Shown one piece after another: positions 11,341 to 21,000 of a DNA stretch of 64,000 bases. Source of the DNA: Candidatus Altiarchaeales archaeon (lineage in GTDB: Archaea > Altiarchaeota > Altiarchaeia > IMC4 > SCGC-AAA252-I15). The position numbers and the translations under genes are program-made. Location: positions 288,001-352,000 of the forward strand of contig WJMO01000006.1 in the NCBI GenBank assembly GCA_014727915.1, read 5' to 3'. How positions within the stretch are numbered: position 1 is the first letter of the stretch; every line of letters begins with the position of its first letter. The notes beneath the pieces are model-generated. The model saw nothing but the letters and a program-made list of their open reading frames with translations, ran no database searches and was not told where the DNA came from.

Positions 11341-12861
11341 ATGGGCGGCCATAAGCTCCGATGGGAACTGATAGCAGGGAATGGCTTGGGTAAGACTGCT
11401 AGGAAGGCTTTCAACACCCTCCCGTACCTAATACTCGTCCTTCAGGTCCTGACTTACATGCTCATATTCACGGCGACCACCTTCAACGAGTACAACCGGT
11501 TCTGGTACGGGAACTTCGACCTGGGAATACCAGACCAGGGCATATGGCTGCTGTCAAGGTTCCAGAACCCCTACCTGACGACCAGGGGGCTGCACCTTTT
11601 CGGAGACCACGCATCCTACATACACCTGCTCGTCGCGCCCATATACTGGATATGGGACGACGTCAAAGCCCTGCTGCTGCTGCACACTGCGGCGTTGGCC
11701 ATAGCGGCGGTTCCGGTATACCTGATCGCCCGGGACAAGTTCGGCAACAACTGGACGCCGCTGGTGTTCAGCCTCTCATACATCATGCTACCGGCGGTAC
11801 ACTACAGCAACCTCGACCAGGGATACCACTATGAGACTTTCATGGTGCCCTTCCTGCTCTTCGGATACTGGTTCCTCACACGCAAGATGTACAAGCCATA
11901 CTATCTTATGATATTCCTCTCCCTCATCTGCAAGGAGGAGATAGCAGTGTCCATAGTGCTGTTCGGGGTCTACGTTGCGTTGAAGCACGACCGGAAGGCG
12001 GGTGTTATTACCTCGGCTGCTGCATTGTTCTACCTGCTCATGGTGATGAAGGTGCTGTTCCCGATATTCAACCAGGAGGGGGCGTTCTATACCGACCGAA
12101 CCCTCGGCTCATACGGTAAGACGCCGTTGGACAAGGTGAAGAGCTTCACAAACACCACGTTGATGGAGAAGAAGCTGAACACCGAGAAGAACAGGGTTTA
12201 CGTGAAGAAGCTTCTGGAGTCAACAGGGTACATGGTCTTGCTGGAGCCAATAGCAATGGCGGCATCGGGATCGCTGTGGCTCAACATGCTCCAGGACTGG
12301 TCCTACGCCCACGAGATACAGTACCACTACGTCACGCCCATCATACCGTTCATATACATAGCCCTGATAAACGGGATTGGGAGGTTCAGGAGGAGCGAGG
12401 GTATTATGGCCATGCTCTTGTACCTGATTCTACTTTCCACGTTCTACGGGAACTACCATAACAGCCCCGGGCAGAGCACCCTACGCCACCCCGAGCGGAT
12501 GATGACCGAGATAGAGAACTTCGACGAGGTGACGGAGGAGAACGCCGGCATACTGGAGTTGATGGATTCCATACCGGATGACGCGTCCGTCTCCGCCACA
12601 TACGACTTCGTCAGCCATCTCAGCCACCGGAAGACCATATACATGTTCCCCAACCCGTTCAGGATAAACCTGTACGGGATAGAGGAGCGGGGCGTCCACC
12701 CCGACAAGGACGTCGACTACGTGCTGTTGGACATGCGGCTGATAGGGGACGAAGAGCAGAAGCACGGGTCCGTCAGCAAGGTCACGAAGAGCGGGAAGTA
12801 CGAGCTGGTGAGAGAGTACAGGTTCGTCCAGCTATGGAAGTACAAGGGAGAGCCCGAATAG
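11341..12861 (+). CDS. DUF2079-family membrane protein (GT-C-like)
   Basis: FDLGIPDQGIW...LFGDHASYI, CKEE and HYVTPIIPF motifs; multiple TM helices; exact start uncertain. Confidence 0.8.
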   Translation: MGGHKLRWELIAGNGLGKTARKAFNTLPYLILVLQVLTYMLIFTATTFNEYNRFWYGNFDLGIPDQGIWLLSRFQNPYLTTRGLHLFGDHASYIHLLVAPIYWIWDDVKALLLLHTAALAIAAVPVYLIARDKFGNNWTPLVFSLSYIMLPAVHYSNLDQGYHYETFMVPFLLFGYWFLTRKMYKPYYLMIFLSLICKEEIAVSIVLFGVYVALKHDRKAGVITSAAALFYLLMVMKVLFPIFNQEGAFYTDRTLGSYGKTPLDKVKSFTNTTLMEKKLNTEKNRVYVKKLLESTGYMVLLEPIAMAASGSLWLNMLQDWSYAHEIQYHYVTPIIPFIYIALINGIGRFRRSEGIMAMLLYLILLSTFYGNYHNSPGQSTLRHPERMMTEIENFDEVTEENAGILELMDSIPDDASVSATYDFVSHLSHRKTIYMFPNPFRINLYGIEERGVHPDKDVDYVLLDMRLIGDEEQKHGSVSKVTKSGKYELVREYRFVQLWKYKGEPE

Positions 12862-12875
12862 TAGAAAAAAACAGG

Positions 12876-15107
12876 CTATTTTCTTAAATAATTCATGATT
12901 TTATCAAAATAACCCCTGTATTCCGGTATCAGGGTGTTGTGTCTGTTTGATATGAGAACGTCGGCTGCGAACACCAGACAGGCCAGGGGGAAGTAGAGGA
13001 CCCACGAGTGCCATATGTTCAGCTCGTGGTTTATCTGCCAGTAGCCGACGACCAACAAAGGCATGAGCGCGGAATATCGGTTGTTGAGGAAGAACGCCAG
13101 TATTAGGAAGGGCATGCACCATAGGAGATACTGCTCGTGGATGACGTGGGTAGACACGAGGAATAGGGTGAACACCAACGCCCCCATCGTATACCGGTCC
13201 AATCTGATGAAAAGGGATGTTAGGACGATGAGCGCGAAGTAGGACCTGAACATGAGGTTCCTTATGGTAACGTAGTCTTCGAAACCCCACCCCTCCAATT
13301 TGGTCATCCAAGACATGCCTGCGGGCGGGCGGTCCAGGTTAGGGCCTATCAGACGCTCGTACACCAGCAGGGGATCGTCCACCAGGAAAGGCAGCATTAG
13401 GAGGAACGCCAGCAGCAAAGCCATGAAAGTCCTCTTGTAAAGCCTCTTCTGCAATATCAGCCATGGGAGCAATAGAAGCGCGAATTGTTTGTGCACGAGA
13501 GCATAACCATAGTAGAGAGAGAACCTCGAATGCTCGATGTTCTTCAACGCTAGGAGTATCAAGCCCAGTCCTAGAGCGTCTGTCTTCCCCTCTGAAGCGC
13601 CTATTCTAAGGACCTCGGGGTTGAAGAGGTAGAGGGAGACAGCCAACAACGCCAGGGTCTTGCTCTTGCCTCTGCCACGGAGTATGGACCAGATGCCGTA
13701 TGCGACAAGCAGGTCTCCAAGTACGGCAGGCAGCTTTATGAGATAGGGCAGGTATAGGGAGTTGAACCCGAACAATACCCTGATGATTCCGAGGGGGTAC
13801 ATGGCCCAGCCCGGGGGCTTGGTCAGGTATAGGTTCCCGTTGAAGTTGTAATCCGGATCCAATAGGGTCAGGTGGAGGTCGGTCTTGTGTATGAGGTTCT
13901 CGGTGTAATAGAGTTCCATGTCCTTGACGTCTATGTTGAGGAAGGTGGGCATTATGACGACCCGTATCATCATGGCGAAGATGACCACTGCGAGTATCAT
14001 CCGGTTCTCATGGACGATCCGGCAGAGGCCCCGTAGTGATTCGGAGAAGTCACGCCCTCGAACACAGACATACGAGTAATAGCATAGCACAATAAGAGAT
14101 AGCAGTGCGGTGACACGCCATTCGAACGCGTTAAGGCCGTGTTCGACGAAGAAATAGCCACCACCCCTGCCGCGTGTCCTGACGGCCAGGGTGTGGATTT
14201 CCTCATCCCCCAAATTCGCCCTTAACCTGTACCCTGAAGTGTACTGGACCCTGGACGCGCCATTGTCGAACTCTAGCTCTCCGTCCAAGTAGACCTTTTC
14301 TACGTTAAGGTCCGATACTATGTCGATTTCGACCTCCTCTGCGGAAGATGTGAACTTCACCACGTTGAAGCCGCCACCCCTGAAGAAGGGGAGATCCACC
14401 TCCCTGAAGCCCCTGAGGCCATACCAGGGCTGATACCACCCGCCACCCTCATAGCTGCTGTAGAACGACCCAACCACCTTGAACTCCCTCGCATTCTGGA
14501 ATATCATGAACGAGGAGAGGAGGAGCAGAAGCAGCGACAACACGAGGATAGCATGGGGCGCCATTCCCTCCAGGACATGCCCATAGTCCTCCAGGACCGC
14601 GCGGAATAATAGCAGGACGGATGATGCGAGGACAGCAAGCATGAGGAAGATAACCGGTGGTGATTCGCCCGCCAGGTTCAGCCTGCCCTCCCCCCCGCCT
14701 GTGTTCATCACGTGCAGGGCCAGAACATGACCGCCATCATCCTCTCCGCCGGATAGGTTGAGGTCAAGTCCTGCGCAGTGGGTGCATGAGCCGCAGCTGC
14801 TGTTGAATATCATGCGCCCGTCAAAGTATGCCTTGGATAGGCAGTCGTCAACCTTTATTATCCTGAAGACCCCACCGGCTGGGAGCTTGTCCATGTGTAT
14901 TCGAAAGTATCCCTCAAGGTTTTCGGTGTAGGAGGAAACGGGAAGCCACATGCCGTCGTCGAATGACCTATCCCGCCATCCGGGGACCCTGTCTTGGCTG
15001 TAGCGTATTTCATACGAGTATTGGCTTCGGTAGTCGTTGAGTGCGTATAAGCTGGCTACCATCAACACCATATAGAGCAGAACCTTCAGCTTCTTCCAAG
15101 AGCCCAT
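12876..15107 (-). CDS. Membrane glycosyltransferase (GT87/PIG-M-like GT-C) with N-terminal jelly-roll sugar-binding-like domains
   Basis: Start placed at MGSWKK because the longer ORF overlaps asnB; IKLPAVLGDL, YLFNP, HEQYLLW motifs; polytopic C-terminal half. Confidence 0.65.
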   Translation of the reverse strand: MGSWKKLKVLLYMVLMVASLYALNDYRSQYSYEIRYSQDRVPGWRDRSFDDGMWLPVSSYTENLEGYFRIHMDKLPAGGVFRIIKVDDCLSKAYFDGRMIFNSSCGSCTHCAGLDLNLSGGEDDGGHVLALHVMNTGGGEGRLNLAGESPPVIFLMLAVLASSVLLLFRAVLEDYGHVLEGMAPHAILVLSLLLLLLSSFMIFQNAREFKVVGSFYSSYEGGGWYQPWYGLRGFREVDLPFFRGGGFNVVKFTSSAEEVEIDIVSDLNVEKVYLDGELEFDNGASRVQYTSGYRLRANLGDEEIHTLAVRTRGRGGGYFFVEHGLNAFEWRVTALLSLIVLCYYSYVCVRGRDFSESLRGLCRIVHENRMILAVVIFAMMIRVVIMPTFLNIDVKDMELYYTENLIHKTDLHLTLLDPDYNFNGNLYLTKPPGWAMYPLGIIRVLFGFNSLYLPYLIKLPAVLGDLLVAYGIWSILRGRGKSKTLALLAVSLYLFNPEVLRIGASEGKTDALGLGLILLALKNIEHSRFSLYYGYALVHKQFALLLLPWLILQKRLYKRTFMALLLAFLLMLPFLVDDPLLVYERLIGPNLDRPPAGMSWMTKLEGWGFEDYVTIRNLMFRSYFALIVLTSLFIRLDRYTMGALVFTLFLVSTHVIHEQYLLWCMPFLILAFFLNNRYSALMPLLVVGYWQINHELNIWHSWVLYFPLACLVFAADVLISNRHNTLIPEYRGYFDKIMNYLRK

Positions 15108-15109
15108 GT

Positions 15110-16975
15110 TTAAACACCGAACCTTTCCCTCCACATCTGGAACATAAGCAGAGTCCATATTTTCTTGCGGTGGTCTGCTCTGCCTGTGAAGTGCTCGTCG
15201 AGGAGGCCTTGGACGTGGTCGGGGTTGAATATGCCCTCCTCCTCCAGCCTCTCCCTGTCGAATGCCTTCAAAGCCAGCGGTTTGAGGTCTTTCTTCAGCC
15301 ATTCAGCCACGGGTATTCCGAACCCCTTCTTACTCCTGTCCACGATGTCTGCAGGTATACTGTCCCTGAACGCGTCCTTCAATATGGCCTTAGTCGTCAA
15401 GCCCCTGACCTTGTCCCCGTAGGGGATGGAGCACGCGTATTCTATGAAGTAGTGGTCTAGGAAAGGCGACCTGGCCTCCAACGACACTGCCATGCTCGCC
15501 CGGTCCAACTTCGCCAGGATGTCCCCGCCAAGGTAGAACCTGCTGTAGAAGTAGATAAGCCGGCCATCGAAGCCTTCAACCCCGGACCCGGCGAACGCAT
15601 CGTCGATGATGCCATAGGGGTCTTTTGACGTTCTGTTCTTAACATCCGCTGATAGCAGCTTCTCCTGCTCCTCCGGGGTGAAAGAGCCCAGCCAAGCCTG
15701 ATGCCGCCTCAAGCCATCGTATCCGTCCCCGGACACGAACCTCTTCAGCTTGAAGTCGAGGCTTATGTTGCTCGTGGAAACAGGTAATGAATCCGCAAGA
15801 CGCTTCAAAACCCTGCGGACAGGCAGAGGCATGATGCGGTAGTATCTGTGGATCTTTTCCGCCTGGAACGTGGGATAGCCGCAGAACAATTCATCACCGC
15901 CGTCGCCGCCCAACGCGACGGTAACATGCTCCCTCGTATACTTTGAGAGCAGGTATGTTGGTATGACTGAAGCGTCTCCGAATGGCTCGTCCAGGAAGCC
16001 GACCACCTCCTCCAGTATACCCAACATGTCATCCGCCTTGAGGAGGCGCTCATGGTGGTCTGTGCCAAAGTGTTCCGCAACCCTCCGCGCATGATTTGAC
16101 TCGTCGAATGACCTGTCTTCAAAGCCGATTGTGAAGGTCTTGATCCGGTCCGGGGGCACCAGCTCGGACATTAGCGATACTATGATGGATGAGTCAAGGC
16201 CGCCGCTCAGGAAGACACCAAGCGGGACGTCGCTCACAAGCCTCCGCTCAACCGACGACTTCAGCCTTGAGCGGATCCCCTCCAGCTTAGCCGAACGGCG
16301 TTCACCCGAGTCCTCGAATCTCATGCCCCAGTATCGTCCCACCTTGACGTTCCCATCCTCTAAGGTGAGGGTATGGCCTGGAGGCAGCTTCCGAACGCCC
16401 TCGATTATGGAATATGGCGCCGGCACGAATTCGAAGGCGAGGTACATCCGCAGCGCATCCAAGTCGATACTCCTTTCCAATCCGGGGTACTTCAACAGCG
16501 CCTTCAGCTCGGAGGCGAACAGAAACCCGTTTCCAAGGAGACAGTAGTAGAGTGGCTTCTGGCCCATCCGGTCACGGGCAAGCCACAGCCGGTCGTGTCT
16601 GCCATCCCACACGGCGAAGGAGAACATCCCATTCAACATGGTCACACACCCGACATCGTATTCTAGGTAGGAGTTCAACAGAACCTCGGTGTCCGACCCC
16701 GTCTTGAACGTGTGTCCTTTGCCTTCAAGTTCGGCCCGGAGCTCCCGGTAGTTGTATATCTCCCCGTTGTATACGAGCTGTACTTCCCCTGACTCATCAC
16801 TCATGGGCTGGTCCGCTCCCCCGCTGAGGTCTATGACCTTTAGCCTGGTGTGCCCGAGGGACATGCGGTCTGAGACGTATATTCCGGAGCTGTCAGGGCC
16901 CCTGTGAGCCAGTGAACCCCCCATAAGGGAAACGAGTTCCCTGTCCCCCCAGTTGAACCCGCAGATGCCGCACAT
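15110..16975 (-). CDS. asnB: Asparagine synthase (glutamine-hydrolysing), glycan-amidotransferase-like context
   Basis: MCGICG N-terminus, HRGPD, NGEIYN, LSGGLDSS, GDGGDELF, RSPFLD. Confidence 0.95.
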   Translation of the reverse strand: MCGICGFNWGDRELVSLMGGSLAHRGPDSSGIYVSDRMSLGHTRLKVIDLSGGADQPMSDESGEVQLVYNGEIYNYRELRAELEGKGHTFKTGSDTEVLLNSYLEYDVGCVTMLNGMFSFAVWDGRHDRLWLARDRMGQKPLYYCLLGNGFLFASELKALLKYPGLERSIDLDALRMYLAFEFVPAPYSIIEGVRKLPPGHTLTLEDGNVKVGRYWGMRFEDSGERRSAKLEGIRSRLKSSVERRLVSDVPLGVFLSGGLDSSIIVSLMSELVPPDRIKTFTIGFEDRSFDESNHARRVAEHFGTDHHERLLKADDMLGILEEVVGFLDEPFGDASVIPTYLLSKYTREHVTVALGGDGGDELFCGYPTFQAEKIHRYYRIMPLPVRRVLKRLADSLPVSTSNISLDFKLKRFVSGDGYDGLRRHQAWLGSFTPEEQEKLLSADVKNRTSKDPYGIIDDAFAGSGVEGFDGRLIYFYSRFYLGGDILAKLDRASMAVSLEARSPFLDHYFIEYACSIPYGDKVRGLTTKAILKDAFRDSIPADIVDRSKKGFGIPVAEWLKKDLKPLALKAFDRERLEEEGIFNPDHVQGLLDEHFTGRADHRKKIWTLLMFQMWRERFGV

Positions 16976-16981
16976 TTGAGA

Positions 16982-17911
16982 TCAGTCCAATACTTCCTCT
17001 ACAGAATAGAACTTGAACTTCGACCCTGAGAAGTACGCCCTAATCATTATCTCGCTCAGGAAGCCGAAGATTATCGAGAGCATGCCTGTAATCGTCAGCA
17101 GGATGCCGAGCATCAGGAGCGGGCCCGCCTCCAACCTCCCGATTATCAGCGCCTTGATTATCTGCTCAACGAATATCAGTCCTGCAAGCAGGTACTGTGA
17201 CACTCCGAAATTGCCGAAGAAGTGGAGAGGGCGTGTCGAGTAGTCGCTCCAGAACTTCACGAACAGCAGGTCGAACAACCCGTTGATGAGCCTTCCACTG
17301 GAGTATTTGGTCTTTCCGTGCTCCCGGGGTCGGTGGTTGACCTTGACCTCCCCTAGCTTGAAGCCCTTCCAGGTCAGGAGGGAGGGTATGTAACGGTGCA
17401 TCTCCCCGTACAATTCCAGCTCGGACACGGACTCTCGCGTATACGCGCGGAGGGAGCATCCGCTATCGTGTATCTCCTCCCCGGTGAGGAGCTTCCTCAG
17501 TCTGTTGGCGAAAGCGGAGGGAAGTGTCTTGGACAGGGGATCATGGCGCTGGTGCCTCCAACCGCATACCACGTCATATCCTTCATCCAGCTTTTCCAGT
17601 AGCCGGGGTATGTCCGCAGGGTCGTTCTGCAGGTCCGCGTCCATGCTGACTATCACACTGCCGCTCGCGTGGGTGAACCCCGCGTCTATGGCAGCTGTCT
17701 GTCCGAAGTTGCGCCTGAACTTCACGACCCGCACTTGCTCATGCATCTCAGAAAGACTTTTCAGGGCTTCATATGAGCCGTCGTCTGAGCCGTCGTCTAC
17801 GAATATTATCTCATAGGGGCTGCCCATCGAGTCAAACACCTTTTTAAGCTGGCTGTGGAGGGGCCCTATGCTTTCCACTTCATTGTAGACTGGTATGACG
17901 ACCGACAGCAT
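16982..17911 (-). CDS. GT2 glycosyltransferase (ArnC/DPM1-like polyprenyl-phosphate GT)
   Basis: SVVIPVYNE, VDDGS, RNFGQ, DADLQND, MHRYIP; two C-terminal TMs; GAGGA SD upstream. Confidence 0.92.
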   Translation of the reverse strand: MLSVVIPVYNEVESIGPLHSQLKKVFDSMGSPYEIIFVDDGSDDGSYEALKSLSEMHEQVRVVKFRRNFGQTAAIDAGFTHASGSVIVSMDADLQNDPADIPRLLEKLDEGYDVVCGWRHQRHDPLSKTLPSAFANRLRKLLTGEEIHDSGCSLRAYTRESVSELELYGEMHRYIPSLLTWKGFKLGEVKVNHRPREHGKTKYSSGRLINGLFDLLFVKFWSDYSTRPLHFFGNFGVSQYLLAGLIFVEQIIKALIIGRLEAGPLLMLGILLTITGMLSIIFGFLSEIMIRAYFSGSKFKFYSVEEVLD

Positions 17912-18061
17912 ATTGTCCTCTTCCGCGATGGCAACCACCCCCATTAAAGAATGATTTAATAGGAATATACCTTATTAGATAGTATGAGTTACGGTATATA
18001 TGCTGGACCCTCTATTCCTCGTTTTACAGCCTTCAAAGCCGCGATCACATCCTGATGGAAC

Positions 18062-21000
18062 ATGAAAAAGAAGAGAAGAAGCATGCAAGAGAGGATCTCC
18101 CTGTTTTTTCTCGTGCTCGCAGCAGCAGTGACAGCATACTCCCTACTGACCCACCTCAGCACCGAGGACGTTGGGGAGTTCCAGTGGTACTTCTCGGAGA
18201 ACGTGACCTGCAACGCGGACAGCAACCTCGGCCAGCCTGGCTGGGAGGAGATAAACGTGCCGTTCACGAGGCAGGAGTCGGGGAGGAATGTTTGCTTCCT
18301 TGGAGTGTCTCATTCCCTCAAAAGCGGGGACGATCTCAGCCTGGAAGTGAGGGTGGACGACAGCATCCGGGGCGTCTACCTGAACGGGGAGACCGCAAAG
18401 TCCATAAGGACCCAGGGCGGTTGGAGGAAGGTCGTGCTGACGGACAGCCTATTGGACGGGGAGAACAGACTGGTGGTCTCCGGGTATAACATAGCCAAGA
18501 ACGTGGACCTGAACGTCGTCAGGGAAACCCCAAACAACATGGGATGGTTGTGCCTGGGTCTCGTGTTCGCGTTCATATTGACAGCGAAAGACCTTGGCCG
18601 AAAACCAGGCTATCTCCTCTTCGCAGCCGCATTGATAATAGTCATATACCTGTTCCCCGCATTCGGGAGGTACAACTACTGGGGGATAGGGGACTGGAAC
18701 CAGTTCCAGACCTTCTACCAGTCGGCGAAGAACACCATAGTAAAATACCACCAGTTCCCTCTGTGGAACCCGTACATATGCGGGGGCAACGTCCAACTGG
18801 CCTATCCGCAGCCCGGGTTCCTGTCACCCTACCTCATAACGCTTCTCGTCTTCGATGTGGCCCACGGCATCAAGATAAACCTAGCCCTCTACTTCATAAC
18901 CGGCGTAATAGGCTGCTACCTCCTCTCCAGGAAGATGGGGTTGGGCGCCTATTCGACACTCCTGTTCTCCATGACCTTCGTGTTGAGCGGGTACTTCGCC
19001 CACCGCATAAACCAGGGGCACGTGCCCACGCTGATAATCGTCTACCTGCCCTTGATCGTGTACCTTTACTGGAAGACACTGGAGGACTTCAAATACGCCC
19101 CGCTTATGGCGGTGGTGGTCGCCCTCTACGTACTAGAGGCCCACCCGTTCCTCACCACGTTGGTGATGATGTTCCTCGTTTTCTACAGCGTCTTCCTCTC
19201 TGGGACGACCGCCGTGTCCATAACGTTGCGCGGGGAGAAGAGGAGGGCCAGGTCCTGGGCCAAGTACTTGCCTGCCGCGAAGCCGCTTACTGTCGCGGTG
19301 GCCGTGTCCCTGCTCGCAGCCATGCTAGTGGGTTTCAAGGTGGTTCCAGGGTTGGATTTCGCACATGACAACCCGAGGATGGTTTCGGACGACACCGGAT
19401 TCAACAGGGGGCTTTTGAAGGATGCGCTGCTGTTGGGTAAGAAGTCAGAGAACCGGCACTCCTGGGGTTGGCACGAGTACAACGGCTACATAGGGGTGGT
19501 CCCGCTGATTCTCGCCGTTTTGGGAATGCTATTGTCTCTGAGGAAGCCCAAACTTCTCGCTTTGATGATGTTTCTCGCGTTCATAACGATGTACTCCTTC
19601 AACGAGTACTCTCCGGTGAACCTGTGGGAGCTTTTCCACAAGCTGCCGTTGTTCAGCTCCCAGCACCTTCCCATGCGCTCCATAGCGTACATAACATTCA
19701 TACTCTCTTTTTTCGCGGGGTTGGGTTTGGACAGGATAGAGAGGGCCAACTCCCACCTGGCAAAGCTCGTTCTGGTCTTTGTCGTCGTCAACCTTTTCAC
19801 CGTTAACACAAACCTCATAGAGGGGACGTTCAGGTACACGCCGAGGATGGACTATGAGAGCTCTATCGGAGCCTTCCACCAGGCGGAGGACGTGGACGAC
19901 CGCGGAAGCCCCTCGGACAACATGTACTCCTTCGTGCTCCAGGACGTTGGGGTCACAAACTGCTACGCACCGGGGGGTTTGAACAACCATGCAACGCCCG
20001 TTCAGAGGGCTAACTACAGGGGGGAGGCTTATCTCATGGGCGGAAGCGGAAGCGCTCGGGTGTTTGCGTTCTCCCCCAACCAGGTGGACGTCATCGTGGA
20101 CACTCCGGCCCCGAACGTGGTGGTGATAAACCAGAACTACTATGAGGGCTGGTCCGCCGACGGCATAGCCGCGGAGAACACTAGGGGGCTGGTGTCTGCG
20201 AGGGTGGACGCCGGGAAGAAGATGGTGTCATTCTCCTACGAGCCTCCAGGGCTCAAATTGGGGGTGGCCCTCTCCCTGTTGGGCCTACTGTTATCTGCGA
20301 TCATCTACAGGGGCGAGCACAGGAAGATGATAGCCCGGGCTGAATGCTTCGTAAAAGAGCACCTTTTGGATTCGAAGCCTTTCAGGGGCATGGTGTTGGG
20401 GGTGCTGCTGGCTGCGGCCGTCCTATCGACGAACTTCATGGTCGGGGAGGTTATGCAACCCGACGACGTTTGGACGTTCTATACGGGCGGGGATGTTGAC
20501 GGATGGTACGAGCTCGGATTCGACGAGGCCGGGTGGGAGAGGCGGGGCCTTCCCTTCGAAGAGGATAACATAGGGCAGATACTCGCAAGGGGCACCGTCT
20601 ACGTGAGGGATGTGGAAAAGGCCTACGTGGAAATCGTGGGGGACGACTGCATCAGCGAATTCTACATAAACGAGAGGAAGGCCTATGAGACGAGGAGCTG
20701 CGGGCACATGACGCACTGCAACGGAAAGAGGTTCGACCTGAGAAGGCACGTGCAGCCGGGAGCCAACAAGTTCGCATTGAAGATACTGAACAGCGGAGGA
20801 GGCCCGGGACGGTTCAACATCAGATGGGAGGACAGGAGCCTGCGGACCAGGCTGTTCAGGGTTGACAGCCTCCCGTATACTCTGCTTTTACTATCACTTC
20901 TGTGGATCGCGTTCATCCACAGGGAGAAGCCCATGGAGTACCTCGCCAGGAAGGCTAGCAATGCTGTGAAAGCCTCTAAGAGGAGGAAGAGGAGGAAAAA

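Noticed and set aside
15108-15302. N-terminal extensions of track ORFs (also at 23044, 39272, 42161, 46791 and 58836)
   Set aside because: They overlap neighbouring genes or promoters; downstream starts match family N-termini
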